DNA of 64,000 nucleotides from Perkinsus olseni (Eukaryota): NCBI GenBank assembly GCA_013115125.1, contig JABANN010000104.1, positions 1 to 64,000 of the forward strand, read 5' to 3'. Shown piece by piece: positions 12,691 to 24,500 of this stretch (position 1 is its first letter; each line of letters starts with the position of its first letter). The notes under the pieces were generated by a model. It saw only the letters and a program-made list of their open reading frames with translations, ran no database searches and was not told where the DNA came from. The position numbers and the translations under genes were made by a program.

Positions 12691-14561
12691 TCATCGTGGG
12701 CGTCGGGCGGGTCGCCTAGCAGAGCGTCGCGCCGAGCTAGCGGCTGGCCGAGAGAGCTCAACCGACAGCGACTGTTCGATTTCTCCACCAGATATGCCGA
12801 ACTTCTCACATACGGCTGCGAAACACTGTGGCTTAGACGGAATAACAGCAGATTCCCATTGTATAGAAACCATGGTGACCTATATTTAGAGCAGATGAAA
12901 TCCAGCCGCGCACACCTGCTACCTCAGGCATCAGCTTGCAGAGAGCACCGCAAAGGGCCATCGCACTCCGTCGGGTAATGATATCCGAACAACCATCGAA
13001 TACTCTTGTGATGTGAGACTCGTCAAATGTATCCTGCCGTGCCACGAGGGCATCCTCTACAGTGGTCTTTAAGGAAGGTGAAATTGCCAAGATGTCGACG
13101 GTTAGCGCTATAGTTTCGATACAGTTGATCTAAGACAATCCTCACGATCATAAGAACATCTCACTGTATCTCCTGCCTGCATCCTCACTACCAGTGCTCC
13201 AGGAGTCATGGAGTTCCACTTCCGGGTGAATGTCCTCCGCCAAACCTTCCAGTTGAATGCAGCAGGCATCTTTGTATGAGCTGCCCAGTAGCCGAACAAT
13301 GCGACTTGTGGTGGAGACAGCTTCCCGATATACTCCGGTGCTGCGGTGACCGGCATCAGCACCTCCGTGACACTATCATCCGGACGAATTGTTAACGCCT
13401 CTACGGCTCCTACAGAGTCCGATAGACGGAATTTCGTGAGTTGGCTCACATTCCGCTCACGAGTTATATCCCCCAAGTGCAAGACTTTGTCTTCATGAGC
13501 CTGTATTATAGAGTTAACGCATAAATGGGTCAGCTTTCGTGAGTGGAAGTTCATCCTTGCAAACGCAAGGAGGATTCCTGAAAACCGGACCACTGTACTT
13601 GACTGGTGGCCGAGCACCTAGCATCATGAGGGACGGACCTACTCGCTGCTTGTGTAGCAGTGATGTTTTGATGCTCCATTGTGGCATTCTGTGGACTCTT
13701 GGTGAGCAGTACTACGACGCAGTCCACCAAGCTCTTCGATCGGTAAGACAGGAATGCAAATGTATCCAAGACTTCACATAACTGATGAGAGGCAGAGTAA
13801 CCCAGTGAGTCAATGGCACAACAGGCCCATACATCCTCCGGCGACATGTCGAACGCACTTTTCTTCACATACCTCACAACCTCATCAAGCACTTCTTCGT
13901 CTAGCACCTGATGATGATTGACAACAGCCACTATGATGACCATATCACATTCAGCTTCCTGTATGCACGGCAGATTCTCATAACACTGCTCGCATCCACA
14001 AATGATCTCTTAGCAGCCCAAACGGGGAGTATGCCCGTGAATAGACTCTCGCGGTACAACCTGCGGAGGAAAGGCTCACCTAACCTCTATATCTCAATGA
14101 TCATGCAGGCCCGTAGAGCTACTCCACGTTTGCAGATATCTCGGCCAACACTGAGACTTGTGAAGGAGAGAATAGTTGCAGCTTCTTTGATGCCGAATCA
14201 ATCAGGCTACTCATGATCGCTCTTAATGCGGTGTCCTTGAGAACCTGAGACGAGCTATTGGATCCTCGAGACCAAGCCTATTCCTACGGAGTCGCTTGTT
14301 GCAATCCCACTCATTATGTGGCAATAGTCCTGGGGATTTAGGATACTAGATAGATGTTGTACTCTAAGAGCCAAGAGATACCTGTTAGCAAGATGAAAAG
14401 AAGGCAGTTGTCATCGCCGAAATTTACCAGAAGGCTCGATCTGTGTGCTTATTCTGCATCGCCTTCGAGACAACGCTGGAAAGTTGGGGAACGGTGAGCT
14501 TGGGTAAATCTTCAATCCGCCGCAACCGAAACAAGGACGTTGACTTCGAAGCAGGGAGCAT
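12691..14561 (-). CDS. Hypothetical multi-exon helical-repeat-like protein, possibly organelle-targeted
   Basis: A chain of minus-strand ORF fragments separated by short GT-AG introns, with an Arg/Ser-rich N-terminus MLPASKSTSLFRLRR. No family recognised. Confidence 0.4.
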
Positions 14562-14766
14562 AGCGAAATCCAGATGCACGACGAAAAACAAAAGTGGACG
14601 TGAACTTCCGGGATCATTCAAAACTCCGGAATGACTCAACTCGGTGCGTCTAGAGAGCGAAATCATTCAAAAATGTATAGGAATGGTTGAACGGTTACGA
14701 ACGTATACGTGATGAAGTACAGTAGTCAGGCAGACGGGAAAAACCGAGGATCAGTGCGGCAAGGGC

Positions 14767-16518
14767 TCACGCACTGGCGAAGCCATCCGAAGGGATAGGC
14801 GGCGAGACCATAATGCGTTTTCTATTCCTTTTCCTATGCTTCCTTGGTCTATTAGGGGAACCATTGGCAGCAGCCTTCGATGTCGCTATAGAGCCACCAG
14901 TGGCTAGCCTGTAAGCTAGATATATCTGGGATATGGTGAGAAAAACCACCATCAACACAAGCAGCTTGATAACAGTGTTAGTGTCTAATCCTGTGAGAAT
15001 GTCTAGCACACTGCTTCCGCCCAGCTCGGGATATCTCCCACCAGAACCAGTATGTCGTTTAATCTCCGAGATATCTTGCTCATAGTACTTGAGGTCGGAC
15101 AAAAGAGTATTGACATTGGTGGCTAGATTATGGTAATTAGCCTCCAATTCTGTCATCTCCTCAATGAACTTCAGCAGTGGAGGGCCCTCGGTCACACTCT
15201 CAGCGGTGTCATTGCCATCTTGTCCATCTCCAACCGATGAATTGTCACCGGCCCTCCATGGCTTAGAGATGGTCTCACTATGTTGCCCACTAGGTTGTTT
15301 CGTCCCAGAAAACCTGAATTCGTCGTATTGAGAAGATATGCTACTGCCATTCGAGTAAATATGAGGGCACTCATTCAGAGACTTCAAACTTTGCTCGGTA
15401 GCAAGTTCCATCTTCTCAGCACTGATGAAAGCTGCTGGATGTTTCTGTACTTCGTACCGTTTTTGCAGCTTACCGATACTCTGGATCATGGTACTGCCAA
15501 GTATCTGTACACGGGTTAGAGTGCACATCGCATAACCTTCCATAGTATGACTAGTTAATACTCTAATTTTGATATATTTAACATAGCACTTAGCACATCT
15601 ACTGGTATGTGACAGATCGAACCATTGCTGAGTCTCCGTAGGGTCAGTCTCGATCTCGCCGAGTACACGCCAAGTATCAGTCGGATATTTACGAGATCCC
15701 AAAACTTGCAGATGTCGAAAAGTCGATGAGAAGTACTCTTTGGTATCGAGAGCAATCTTATCGACGTAGGTATCATCATCCAAGGCAAATGTTAACCACT
15801 TTTTACGGAGGTCACACTGACACATCATGTACTTCCCATCATCAGCATTCAATACGGCACCAGGATGGGACAAACCATCAGCTGCACCAAGGAGCTTCGC
15901 TCCGCCATTTATCGACGCATGATCAACCAATGTCCGAGTCTGAGAATTTGTGTACGGTGTCCCTCGTATGAAGAGCCTGTCTTTCCGTTGCATGTAGTCA
16001 CAGAAACCACTTGAGCACGGTACGGGCTCAGCCCCAGCACTAGGGCTCATTGGCGACCGATTTAAAGGAGGAGGAGGTGTCCTCGTGAGGGCACTCGCGC
16101 GCTTCAGCATTGCTGGAGTTATGACGTCATCGTCCGGACCGACCGGGCAAACTGACAATAGAGCCCAAGGCTTGGATATGGTGTCAGTTATCGGAGTCCG
16201 CCAATACCACCGCCAGAGCTCCTCATCCTCCGGGTAAGACCAATCCTTCAACGGTAGACCACGGCATGGGCAGGTTTGAGATGAGGCAGACCGGTTGAGC
16301 GATGCTTCTTCAGCAAGGAAAGTCACGGTCGATCCCAAGTCAGTATGGTTGGATCCGAGAGAAGGCACTGCGTTCGTCATAGTATCCGTAGCCATCGGTT
16401 GCAGTAGACCAACACTTGTGTCCACGTTGAACACGCCACTATCGTTGTCATAAGATATGTCGGCCTGCCCCAGATGGAAGACCAGGAGGGACAGAGCGAC
16501 CCAAGTGCATATGAACAT
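14767..16518 (-). CDS. Mid-SUN (Sad1/UNC-84; SLP1/SUCO-like) domain membrane protein, copy B
   Basis: Intronless 583-aa ORF with a signal peptide, the SUN motif DHASINGGAKLL...DDGKYMMCQC...EYFSSTFRHLQVLGSRKYPTDTWRVLG, a coiled coil, a C-terminal TM (IKLLVLMVVFLTISQIYLAY) and a basic tail. Confidence 0.85.
   Translation of the reverse strand: MFICTWVALSLLVFHLGQADISYDNDSGVFNVDTSVGLLQPMATDTMTNAVPSLGSNHTDLGSTVTFLAEEASLNRSASSQTCPCRGLPLKDWSYPEDEELWRWYWRTPITDTISKPWALLSVCPVGPDDDVITPAMLKRASALTRTPPPPLNRSPMSPSAGAEPVPCSSGFCDYMQRKDRLFIRGTPYTNSQTRTLVDHASINGGAKLLGAADGLSHPGAVLNADDGKYMMCQCDLRKKWLTFALDDDTYVDKIALDTKEYFSSTFRHLQVLGSRKYPTDTWRVLGEIETDPTETQQWFDLSHTSRCAKCYVKYIKIRVLTSHTMEGYAMCTLTRVQILGSTMIQSIGKLQKRYEVQKHPAAFISAEKMELATEQSLKSLNECPHIYSNGSSISSQYDEFRFSGTKQPSGQHSETISKPWRAGDNSSVGDGQDGNDTAESVTEGPPLLKFIEEMTELEANYHNLATNVNTLLSDLKYYEQDISEIKRHTGSGGRYPELGGSSVLDILTGLDTNTVIKLLVLMVVFLTISQIYLAYRLATGGSIATSKAAANGSPNRPRKHRKRNRKRIMVSPPIPSDGFASA
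15531..16317. repeat. Identical-looking tract shared with 20436-21222 (SUN paralogs)
   Basis: 787 bp at offset 4905 with no differences seen by eye. The alternative-frame ORFs in the track are also identical between the copies. Confidence 0.92.
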
Positions 16519-16658
16519 TGATCAAGGTGGATGGGTAACAAACACTGCACCTGAAGCATCTGCCATTCGTGACAGAACACGAAACTATCGAGTATCGAAC
16601 ACAACACCACAACTCATTGAAACCGAGTAGCCCAGACCCACATGTCCGTGTACTTCCC

Positions 16659-19620
16659 TTACCCACAACTGAGGCCTGTGCGCCCCGACACCGAACGAAA
16701 GCGCCCGGTGAAGTATGAGATGAGGTCGTCGAGTTTCGCTCCCATTATTGCAGTCGTAATAGTAGGCATCCATCGACCAACACCTTCATGTTGTTTGCTG
16801 ATTAGCGCCGAGGGAGACATGTCTGCAGTGGCGGCAACAACATCCTGAATGCATTGCGTAGATGAGCTGTCAGATGGATTCGAACATCTGGAACTTGTTA
16901 CATTGCGATCTTCCGAGTGCACACCGCTACCACTCATCACTTTCTTGACAATGGAATGGCAGATGGCAGTGGGTGTCACGGCTTCGAACTTGCGTCTCAG
17001 TAAAGGCGACTCGTATCGTTCTGCCAGCACATTCAGTCAGTGGTGGCACGATGTGCCGCATACGGACTGATCAGATTACCGGGCATTCCGATCTCCAGGT
17101 AGAAACGTATAGCGACCACTGCCCTAGCAAAGCAATCACGCGCCTGTAGCACAAGCATATGCTGAGTATGCTAACTCAAATTCAGTACTTTGACGTCACC
17201 GGCGGGGACCGGTCTGTCCTCGTCAGCTACGGGCACATCACCAAGGAGGAACGAGCAAGCACTCTCTGATATGAATCCGTAATTGGAACCATCTTGGATA
17301 TCGACACCTTCATCCACACCACTTTCTGGTACAGCTTCAGCATATTGCAAGAGTGAGATCACCATGTCAGACACCCGCACAACGAGCGCATTAGACGCTG
17401 CCAGCAACTGTTGCCCGATGATACCCTCAGGATGCCTCTGCAATTGAGGGAGGGTAACTGCGGAGGAAGGCGTAAGAGACCGGGGCAGCAGAATGAGTGG
17501 ACTACCTTTGCCTGATTTGATGAGTCGCAAATGACTAGCAGGGGATGGAGGGTTCTGCGGAAGAGTTACGTCACTAGCACTCCGTTTCATAGCGGCGGCC
17601 CCTCCCTCTCTAGGTGTTCGCACATCGAGATCCATGGCGCCACTATCGAGGCCGAGGCGTAATGCCTGACGAGATGATGATGGAAGACCGCGAAGCGAGC
17701 ACAAGATACAGTATCTGCCTACACAATCCCTCAGGATGAGCAACTGCCGTATGAGGAACAATGTCTGATGTAAATTTTCCAACCACTCCGGCGTTTCCTG
17801 CTGAGACGAAGCTCTGATGGGAGACTCGAGCATCATAGCAGCAGCGTCCGTGAGAGATCGAACACAAGCTTCGAGCGCTCCTTTGGCCAGATAATGGTAC
17901 GCAGATCGCTCCACAAGTGGTGTGATAGTTATCAGGAATGCTGCGGTGCGAGACACAGTCGGGTACCTGCAGTAAGCCCGACTGCCCGAATTGCCGGCGG
18001 AGCACCAAAGGAGGCTCTTTCAAAGAGCTCGTCGTAGCGTCTTGCTATAATATCACCATCCTTGCAAGCTTGTTTGCATGACGGTTCCGATAGCCTGCCG
18101 TTCATCGTCCTTCACCTACAATAGGTCGCGACAGCATAGGAAGAAGATAGCACAGTTCTCACGGTAGGGATGTCGAGCAGCCGCTGAGGATACTCCAGAT
18201 CCTCAGGTGAGGGAGTGAAGTCAAGAATGTTGTCACTAATGTAGTGTTGAATGGTGAAGTCTATCGCTGCTTGTGCAATTTCGAGCAGCCTAACATATCC
18301 CCACAGCCGAGAATGCTGGGCTGGTCGCCCAAAGAACCCACTCGATTAGCGCTGCAGCCACAGGTCGCATCAGCGGCTCAGATGACAGACCGCTGGGGTC
18401 AGCATCAGAGTTACTCTCACCTGCGAGACAGTGGCAGTATTATTAACCAAGGGCTCGTTCGAACCCATCGCGTTCGAGTAATCACCTGAGCCAGGCCCAG
18501 CCCTTCCGTCCTCGTGTAAGGAGTCGGTATTCACTCGAAGTTGCAAGGACTCCTCATGTATCTGTAACGGCAAGCGTCCGCAACACGAAGGAGGCATATC
18601 TGCTGCTCAGCTCACACTGCTGGACAACGTCCCCGACATAATACTGAGTACTGATATACTCGTACACGACGCGATATGCTCCCGAAGCGCACTGAAATGA
18701 AGAGAGTCCATTGCGTTCTCTGACATGACTCGAGAATGATACGACCAGTAAGACTTGTGCCACGATGAAAGACACTGCATACCCACCCCGTGACGACGTC
18801 CCCATAGTTTTCGCACATCATATCGAGGAATGGCTGGTCATCGTCATTGAAGCGTACGCATGTCCTCGACCCAGTATCGACAGCTACCATTGGGACGATG
18901 AGGCAGCAGACCGTCGGAAGAGAGCGTCAGGACGATCGATAATACGTACTGAATAGGGACCTATACGTTCTACACTCCCGATGAGCGAGATTGACGATTG
19001 TATCGCAAACCTGATAGGATGACTATCAAGAGAGCCCGCGAGTGGGTTGCAGCGCTCGCCTCCGAAACAATGACTTCCAGTTGGTCGTCCCGACTGGCGA
19101 CAAAAGAAGCTAGGATGTTATTAATCACGGACTGGATGAGCTGATGCACAGGCTTTTCCCGCATGAAGCAATACATTCTCTTCACCTAGAATGAGACGGA
19201 ACTAGCACCGGTCAGAACAGCCACTGACTTCGCCGGGCTACGCGTGAGAGGGTCTGCTCGCGTGCGCCCGATACTGTAGGCCCGCCACCATCATCCAGCC
19301 ACAGGCTGGTAACCTATGGGCACGGATACATTGAGGTGACAAACCCGAGATTCTCGCAACTTCGAATTTCTACCTCGCTCGAGCTTATCAGACCCTTCGT
19401 TCTCGCTTCTGTAACAGCGGCCTCCAGGAAGCCTTCATAAACGTTTAGACGGAGGTGCCGGGATCGGAGCAGATGCGGACTTAACTGAGGAGTTCGAGCT
19501 TCCTCCTCGGGGTGGAATCGCTATCCCCGCTACCCCAGAGGCCTCGGCTTGAATGCTAGTCTTGTTCAATTTCGATAACGCTGCCGTTTCTAGGACACCC
19601 AGCAAGTCACTGCCCAACAT
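16659..19620 (-). CDS. Divergent COG3-like C-terminal body lacking the N-terminal region; in frame with the upstream SUN copy A
   Basis: Exon peptides align to the neighbouring COG3: VKRMYCFMREKPV vs [29 protein letters not shown] vs [54 protein letters not shown] vs [51 protein letters not shown] vs [13 protein letters not shown]. Intron positions are conserved. Both ends approximate. Confidence 0.78.
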
Positions 19621-21444
19621 CCGCCAACGATGCCCTTCTCGGTCAAGTTCCTCCAGCCTCACTCGGGAATCGGTGTCGAGCCGGTCACTACTAGTAGTAA
19701 AGCGGTCATCTTGCGTCGAGCTGCCGTTCACTCGATAGATCAAGTAGGCCGTCGAGGCCACCAGAGTGCAAACCACAACCAAATAGACGTCGCCCAGTAG
19801 AAATCCGTTGGACTCGATCCACGAAGAGACCCAGGGGATGAGTTTGGCGTTGAAGCCCATCTCAGCGAAGACTCCTGGTCCCACGTGCGATCCTACGTCC
19901 AAATTTATCAACTTCTGAGCATTGTTAAGAGCTTCATCCCTTTGACGGATCTGAGCAACTAGGTCCTCCACCTTGGATGATAATTGATGATAATTGGCTT
20001 CCAATGCGGACATTTCCTCCACGAATCGAAGAAGAGGTGGACCCTCCGACGCCGTACCCTCAGCATCAGCTGAGGAAGGAGTAGAGGGTGCATCCCAAGT
20101 ATCAGAGCTGCGATTCTGCTTCTCCGTCGATCGCGACAGTGCTGATGACGTGCCCACTTCAGCAGCCTCACTCGGCTTAGACGGTCGAACGGTCGGACTC
20201 CCGAAGTCAGGAGGACCATCCGCCGAGTAGCCTTTCTCCGCGGCGGTTCCTCTGTAGGTAGAGCTCCTGGTAGACAGAGATAGGGACTCGAGACTGGACG
20301 ATATGGTCTTCTCTAGAGCCATGGCATCCACAGACGCTGCGGGATGTTTAGGCGCTTCGTACTTCCTCTGCAACTTGTGGAGGTTCTGGAGCAGTGTACC
20401 ACCAAACAGCTGTAGACGAGTGAGAGTACATATCCCATAACCTTCCATAGTATGACTAGTTAATACTCTAATTTTGATATATTTAACATAGCACTTAGCA
20501 CATCTACTGGTATGTGACAGATCGAACCATTGCTGAGTCTCCGTAGGGTCAGTCTCGATCTCGCCGAGTACACGCCAAGTATCAGTCGGATATTTACGAG
20601 ATCCCAAAACTTGCAGATGTCGAAAAGTCGATGAGAAGTACTCTTTGGTATCGAGAGCAATCTTATCGACGTAGGTATCATCATCCAAGGCAAATGTTAA
20701 CCACTTTTTACGGAGGTCACACTGACACATCATGTACTTCCCATCATCAGCATTCAATACGGCACCAGGATGGGACAAACCATCAGCTGCACCAAGGAGC
20801 TTCGCTCCGCCATTTATCGACGCATGATCAACCAATGTCCGAGTCTGAGAATTTGTGTACGGTGTCCCTCGTATGAAGAGCCTGTCTTTCCGTTGCATGT
20901 AGTCACAGAAACCACTTGAGCACGGTACGGGCTCAGCCCCAGCACTAGGGCTCATTGGCGACCGATTTAAAGGAGGAGGAGGTGTCCTCGTGAGGGCACT
21001 CGCGCGCTTCAGCATTGCTGGAGTTATGACGTCATCGTCCGGACCGACCGGGCAAACTGACAATAGAGCCCAAGGCTTGGATATGGTGTCAGTTATCGGA
21101 GTCCGCCAATACCACCGCCAGAGCTCCTCATCCTCCGGGTAAGACCAATCCTTCAACGGTAGACCACGGCATGGGCAGGTTTGAGATGAGGCAGACCGGT
21201 TGAGCGATGCTTCTTCAGCAAGTGAAGTCACGGTCGATCCCAAATCAGTATGGTTAGATCCGAAAGGCAAAGACGAAACAGGAGGGACCAACCACGGCAG
21301 ACCAACAGGCCAGTTGGTCTTCATGCGCAAGCGGCCAGTCACTGCGACCGCACTCACTGTTGTTTCATTACTCGCGTGGTCGTATGGAGGAGTCCAGTGA
21401 CATGCAAAGCACGGTAAGAAGAAGGAAGCCAGCAAGCGGGTCAT
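19435..21444 (-). CDS. Mid-SUN domain membrane protein, copy A (unspliced form stops at 19435; spliced form may continue into COG3-like exons)
   Basis: Long ORF with likely start MTRLLASFFLPCFAC, the same SUN domain as copy B, coiled coil GPPLLRFVEEMSALEANY and TM VYLVVVCTLVASTAYLIY. Confidence 0.85.
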   Translation of the reverse strand: MTRLLASFFLPCFACHWTPPYDHASNETTVSAVAVTGRLRMKTNWPVGLPWLVPPVSSLPFGSNHTDLGSTVTSLAEEASLNRSASSQTCPCRGLPLKDWSYPEDEELWRWYWRTPITDTISKPWALLSVCPVGPDDDVITPAMLKRASALTRTPPPPLNRSPMSPSAGAEPVPCSSGFCDYMQRKDRLFIRGTPYTNSQTRTLVDHASINGGAKLLGAADGLSHPGAVLNADDGKYMMCQCDLRKKWLTFALDDDTYVDKIALDTKEYFSSTFRHLQVLGSRKYPTDTWRVLGEIETDPTETQQWFDLSHTSRCAKCYVKYIKIRVLTSHTMEGYGICTLTRLQLFGGTLLQNLHKLQRKYEAPKHPAASVDAMALEKTISSSLESLSLSTRSSTYRGTAAEKGYSADGPPDFGSPTVRPSKPSEAAEVGTSSALSRSTEKQNRSSDTWDAPSTPSSADAEGTASEGPPLLRFVEEMSALEANYHQLSSKVEDLVAQIRQRDEALNNAQKLINLDVGSHVGPGVFAEMGFNAKLIPWVSSWIESNGFLLGDVYLVVVCTLVASTAYLIYRVNGSSTQDDRFTTSSDRLDTDSRVRLEELDREGHRWRMLGSDLLGVLETAALSKLNKTSIQAEASGVAGIAIPPRGGSSNSSVKSASAPIPAPPSKRL
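20436..21222. repeat. Identical-looking tract shared with 15531-16317
   Basis: Direct sequence comparison. Confidence 0.92.
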
Positions 21445-21585
21445 GTGCAACAAGCTGAAGACATAGCTCTGAATCACAGCACGTACGCAATCATGCCCCA
21501 CCAACTCCGCCGACTTCCAATGACTCAACATGCGAATGGATATCATCAACAATGTAGCACTACACAACGCTATCCAACGAGCTTC

Positions 21586-24500
21586 TCACTTCTTAAGAAC
21601 GACTTTCTCGACTTCCTAAACGGCAAGTTATCAAATTCATACCGTAGAGCTCAGCCCATCTTGCCTGAGGTGTCTGTTCCATAGCCTGGTCGAATAGTCT
21701 AGAGAGTTCACGCGACAAATCCGTCGACGACACCGATGTGTTCTGTGATGCACCCTGAAGGAGAATGCTCAATGCGACGATGACTCTTCTGATGAAGGAC
21801 TCGATCTTGCCATCCGTGAGAGAGTCCGAACTCTCGGTAATAAAGGAAATGACTTTCTAAACCGAGGACCCGCTAGTCGCCCAACGAAGCCTACAATAGC
21901 GGGATGATGAAGCTTACGTTCCTTTCCAGCTCTCGACAGACATCTACAACCCGAACATGTATAGGCTGGAACAGGATAGTTGGTGTACTATCACGGGACA
22001 CTCCGGCGGTGGGCGAGTCACGGCCTGAGTCCGGGTGATGATGATCAACCCCAAATTGCATCGGCACAAGTTCCACTCACCAGCATCATCGGCAGGTTCT
22101 GAGAGTGTGAGGTAGGCCCTCATTGTAGCAGCTATCACCGGTACGTCAGTCTCCACCTGATGGGCGCAGTAAACACTGCGGTGATCTTATCGAGACGTGC
22201 CTTATTCATGGTAGATTTCCACGCGGCTTCGACGTCATCGGCAGAGCGAGGTGAGCCTACGGAGAGTAATCATTCATTTCCTTAGAAAGTTCGAAAATCG
22301 GGTAGCACTGTCACCTGTTGGAGCTCTCGCTACACAAACCGCCAGGGGAGTGGTGAGGCGTGCAGTAATATGAGCTATCACACGATCACACGCAGACTTT
22401 AACTGGGCCTCGATGTCACGCTTCACGTCCGACTGCCTGGATTGGATTACCGGTGTGAAAGTCGACAATATCCTAGAGGGGACGTTCGAGGCTGAACCTG
22501 AATAGCGACTTCTAGAAGCTTATGACGGTGGTGATGCATACTACTCCCCGTTGTTTGTTGTTGAGTACCCCAATCCTGGTGCTGATGATTATGAATACCA
22601 GGTGTTGTGTGGCCGGGGAGTCGAAAAGATAAAACATCCAACAAGCTATGCTTGACGTTAGTGAAATCCAGATACTGGGAGGAGCTAACCAAATCGACTT
22701 CGAAGGAGGCAATCTAAGACGGGACAACAGCGATGAGAAATGTAACTACCGAGGGCTCATGCGGACTCTCACCTGTTCCCTAAGAATGAGCAAATGCCTT
22801 ATGGTGAAGAGCGTCTCATTCAGAGTGACCCAATCATCATCTGCATCATCATCCCCGGATCCCTCGACGGCCTCTTTATTGCCGGAGTGACTCCTTGCTA
22901 TGTCAACTGCCGCAATATCGATAGTTTCCAAGCACGCCGAGACAGCCTCATAAGCCAGACTCTGAAAGGTCGTAGTCTCCAATACAGGCAGTATCTCAGC
23001 TAATATGAACAGCGTCTTGCCCAGAGTAGGGTACCTGAGAACAGCCACTATGCCACTCATTCTGTCACCGTTGAGCATATCCCACCAGCCTGTCGTGGAG
23101 ACTTTCATCAATCTGCCATAGGCCTCGGACTCGGGATGAACCTATTTGGAGATGAGACACTGATTGGAAGGTGTCGTAGTTCCCCACCGATGGTGCCTCA
23201 TCCTCGAATAGTCTGAGGGGATACTTCAGATCCTCCTGAGATGGCTCGAAGCCTCGGATATCATCCCTTATGTAAGTTTGTGCCCTGTATATGAGCCTCT
23301 CTTGTACATCCTTGAGTAATCTACCATCACACACAATTACATGATGCTACATGCTAGTGACGATGCCCTACCTGTACACCACTGAGAGGACCGGAACAAG
23401 CAGAGAGTTATCATCCGAGTCTGCTCCATTTACACTAGACTGCTTCATCTTGCTAGGGTCGTAGGCATCGAATCCCTCTGGTGCTAGGACCTGACAAGTG
23501 AGGCTTGGCCCTGAGTGACCATCTTGAAGATGGTTCTATTCACCTCTCGTGATATTAGCTCCGCTAGATTTTTCAATGTCTCAACCTTCTGACAAGAGAC
23601 TATCTTCGATCGAAGGAACCTACATCCACCATAAGCCCGCCTTTTACGGCGGATAGCTCACGCATAGAGAGGCTTGCCATAGCAATTGCCGAGGTACTCC
23701 TCAATGGGTTCATCTGCCCCGGCAACCAAGCCAGTCTGGGAAGTACTCGAAGACCCTCCTGGGGTACCGTTAACATCGTCACCTGAATAAGGGCGATACC
23801 AGCTAACTCAAGTTGATAAGACTAGTATCACCAAAGTATGCCGTGTAGGTTCTACATTCTGCTCTGGCCATAGACAGCACCTGCCGGCATACCTGGCATA
23901 GGGCGGGAATTGTAAGCAGTGGCACTGGTTCAGTGCGCGATTGGCATCATCGAACTCACGTGTCTTGTGTACGGCAATATATCACTCTCCTCTTCCTCAA
24001 GACCTTCCTTCTCATCATTTTCCTCAGTTGCCGCCATACTATCCAGCATATCGTTCACCCATTCGGAAACAGGGGCCTGCCTTACTGTACAGTAGTATTG
24101 ATGTACCTGTAATTCACCTATCAGCTGCCCCACTATTCGTGCGCCCCATAGTAGTGTCATGAAGCAACGAAGGCTTACAGCATAGATGGTAGCAACGTAG
24201 TCATCATTTTCACGAGCTACATCAATCAGAACGTCGATGATAGGGCGAACCTAGAACCATGTCATGCTACTCCAATGCTAGTGCGAGCAGGCTTTCACCA
24301 CCTCAGCCGCCCGGGCAGCCTCGAATCCCTTATAGAGGCTCGAAGAAACCTCCTCACGCGTGCCTACTGTCTGAGGAAACAGGACAGGTGGGCGTATAAC
24401 ATCAGCGAGCATCGCTACCACTAGTTCCTTTCCGGCCTCATCCAGTAGCCTCATCAAGTGTGATCTCACTGCGAAGCACGCTCGGGAACGTAAATGGGAC

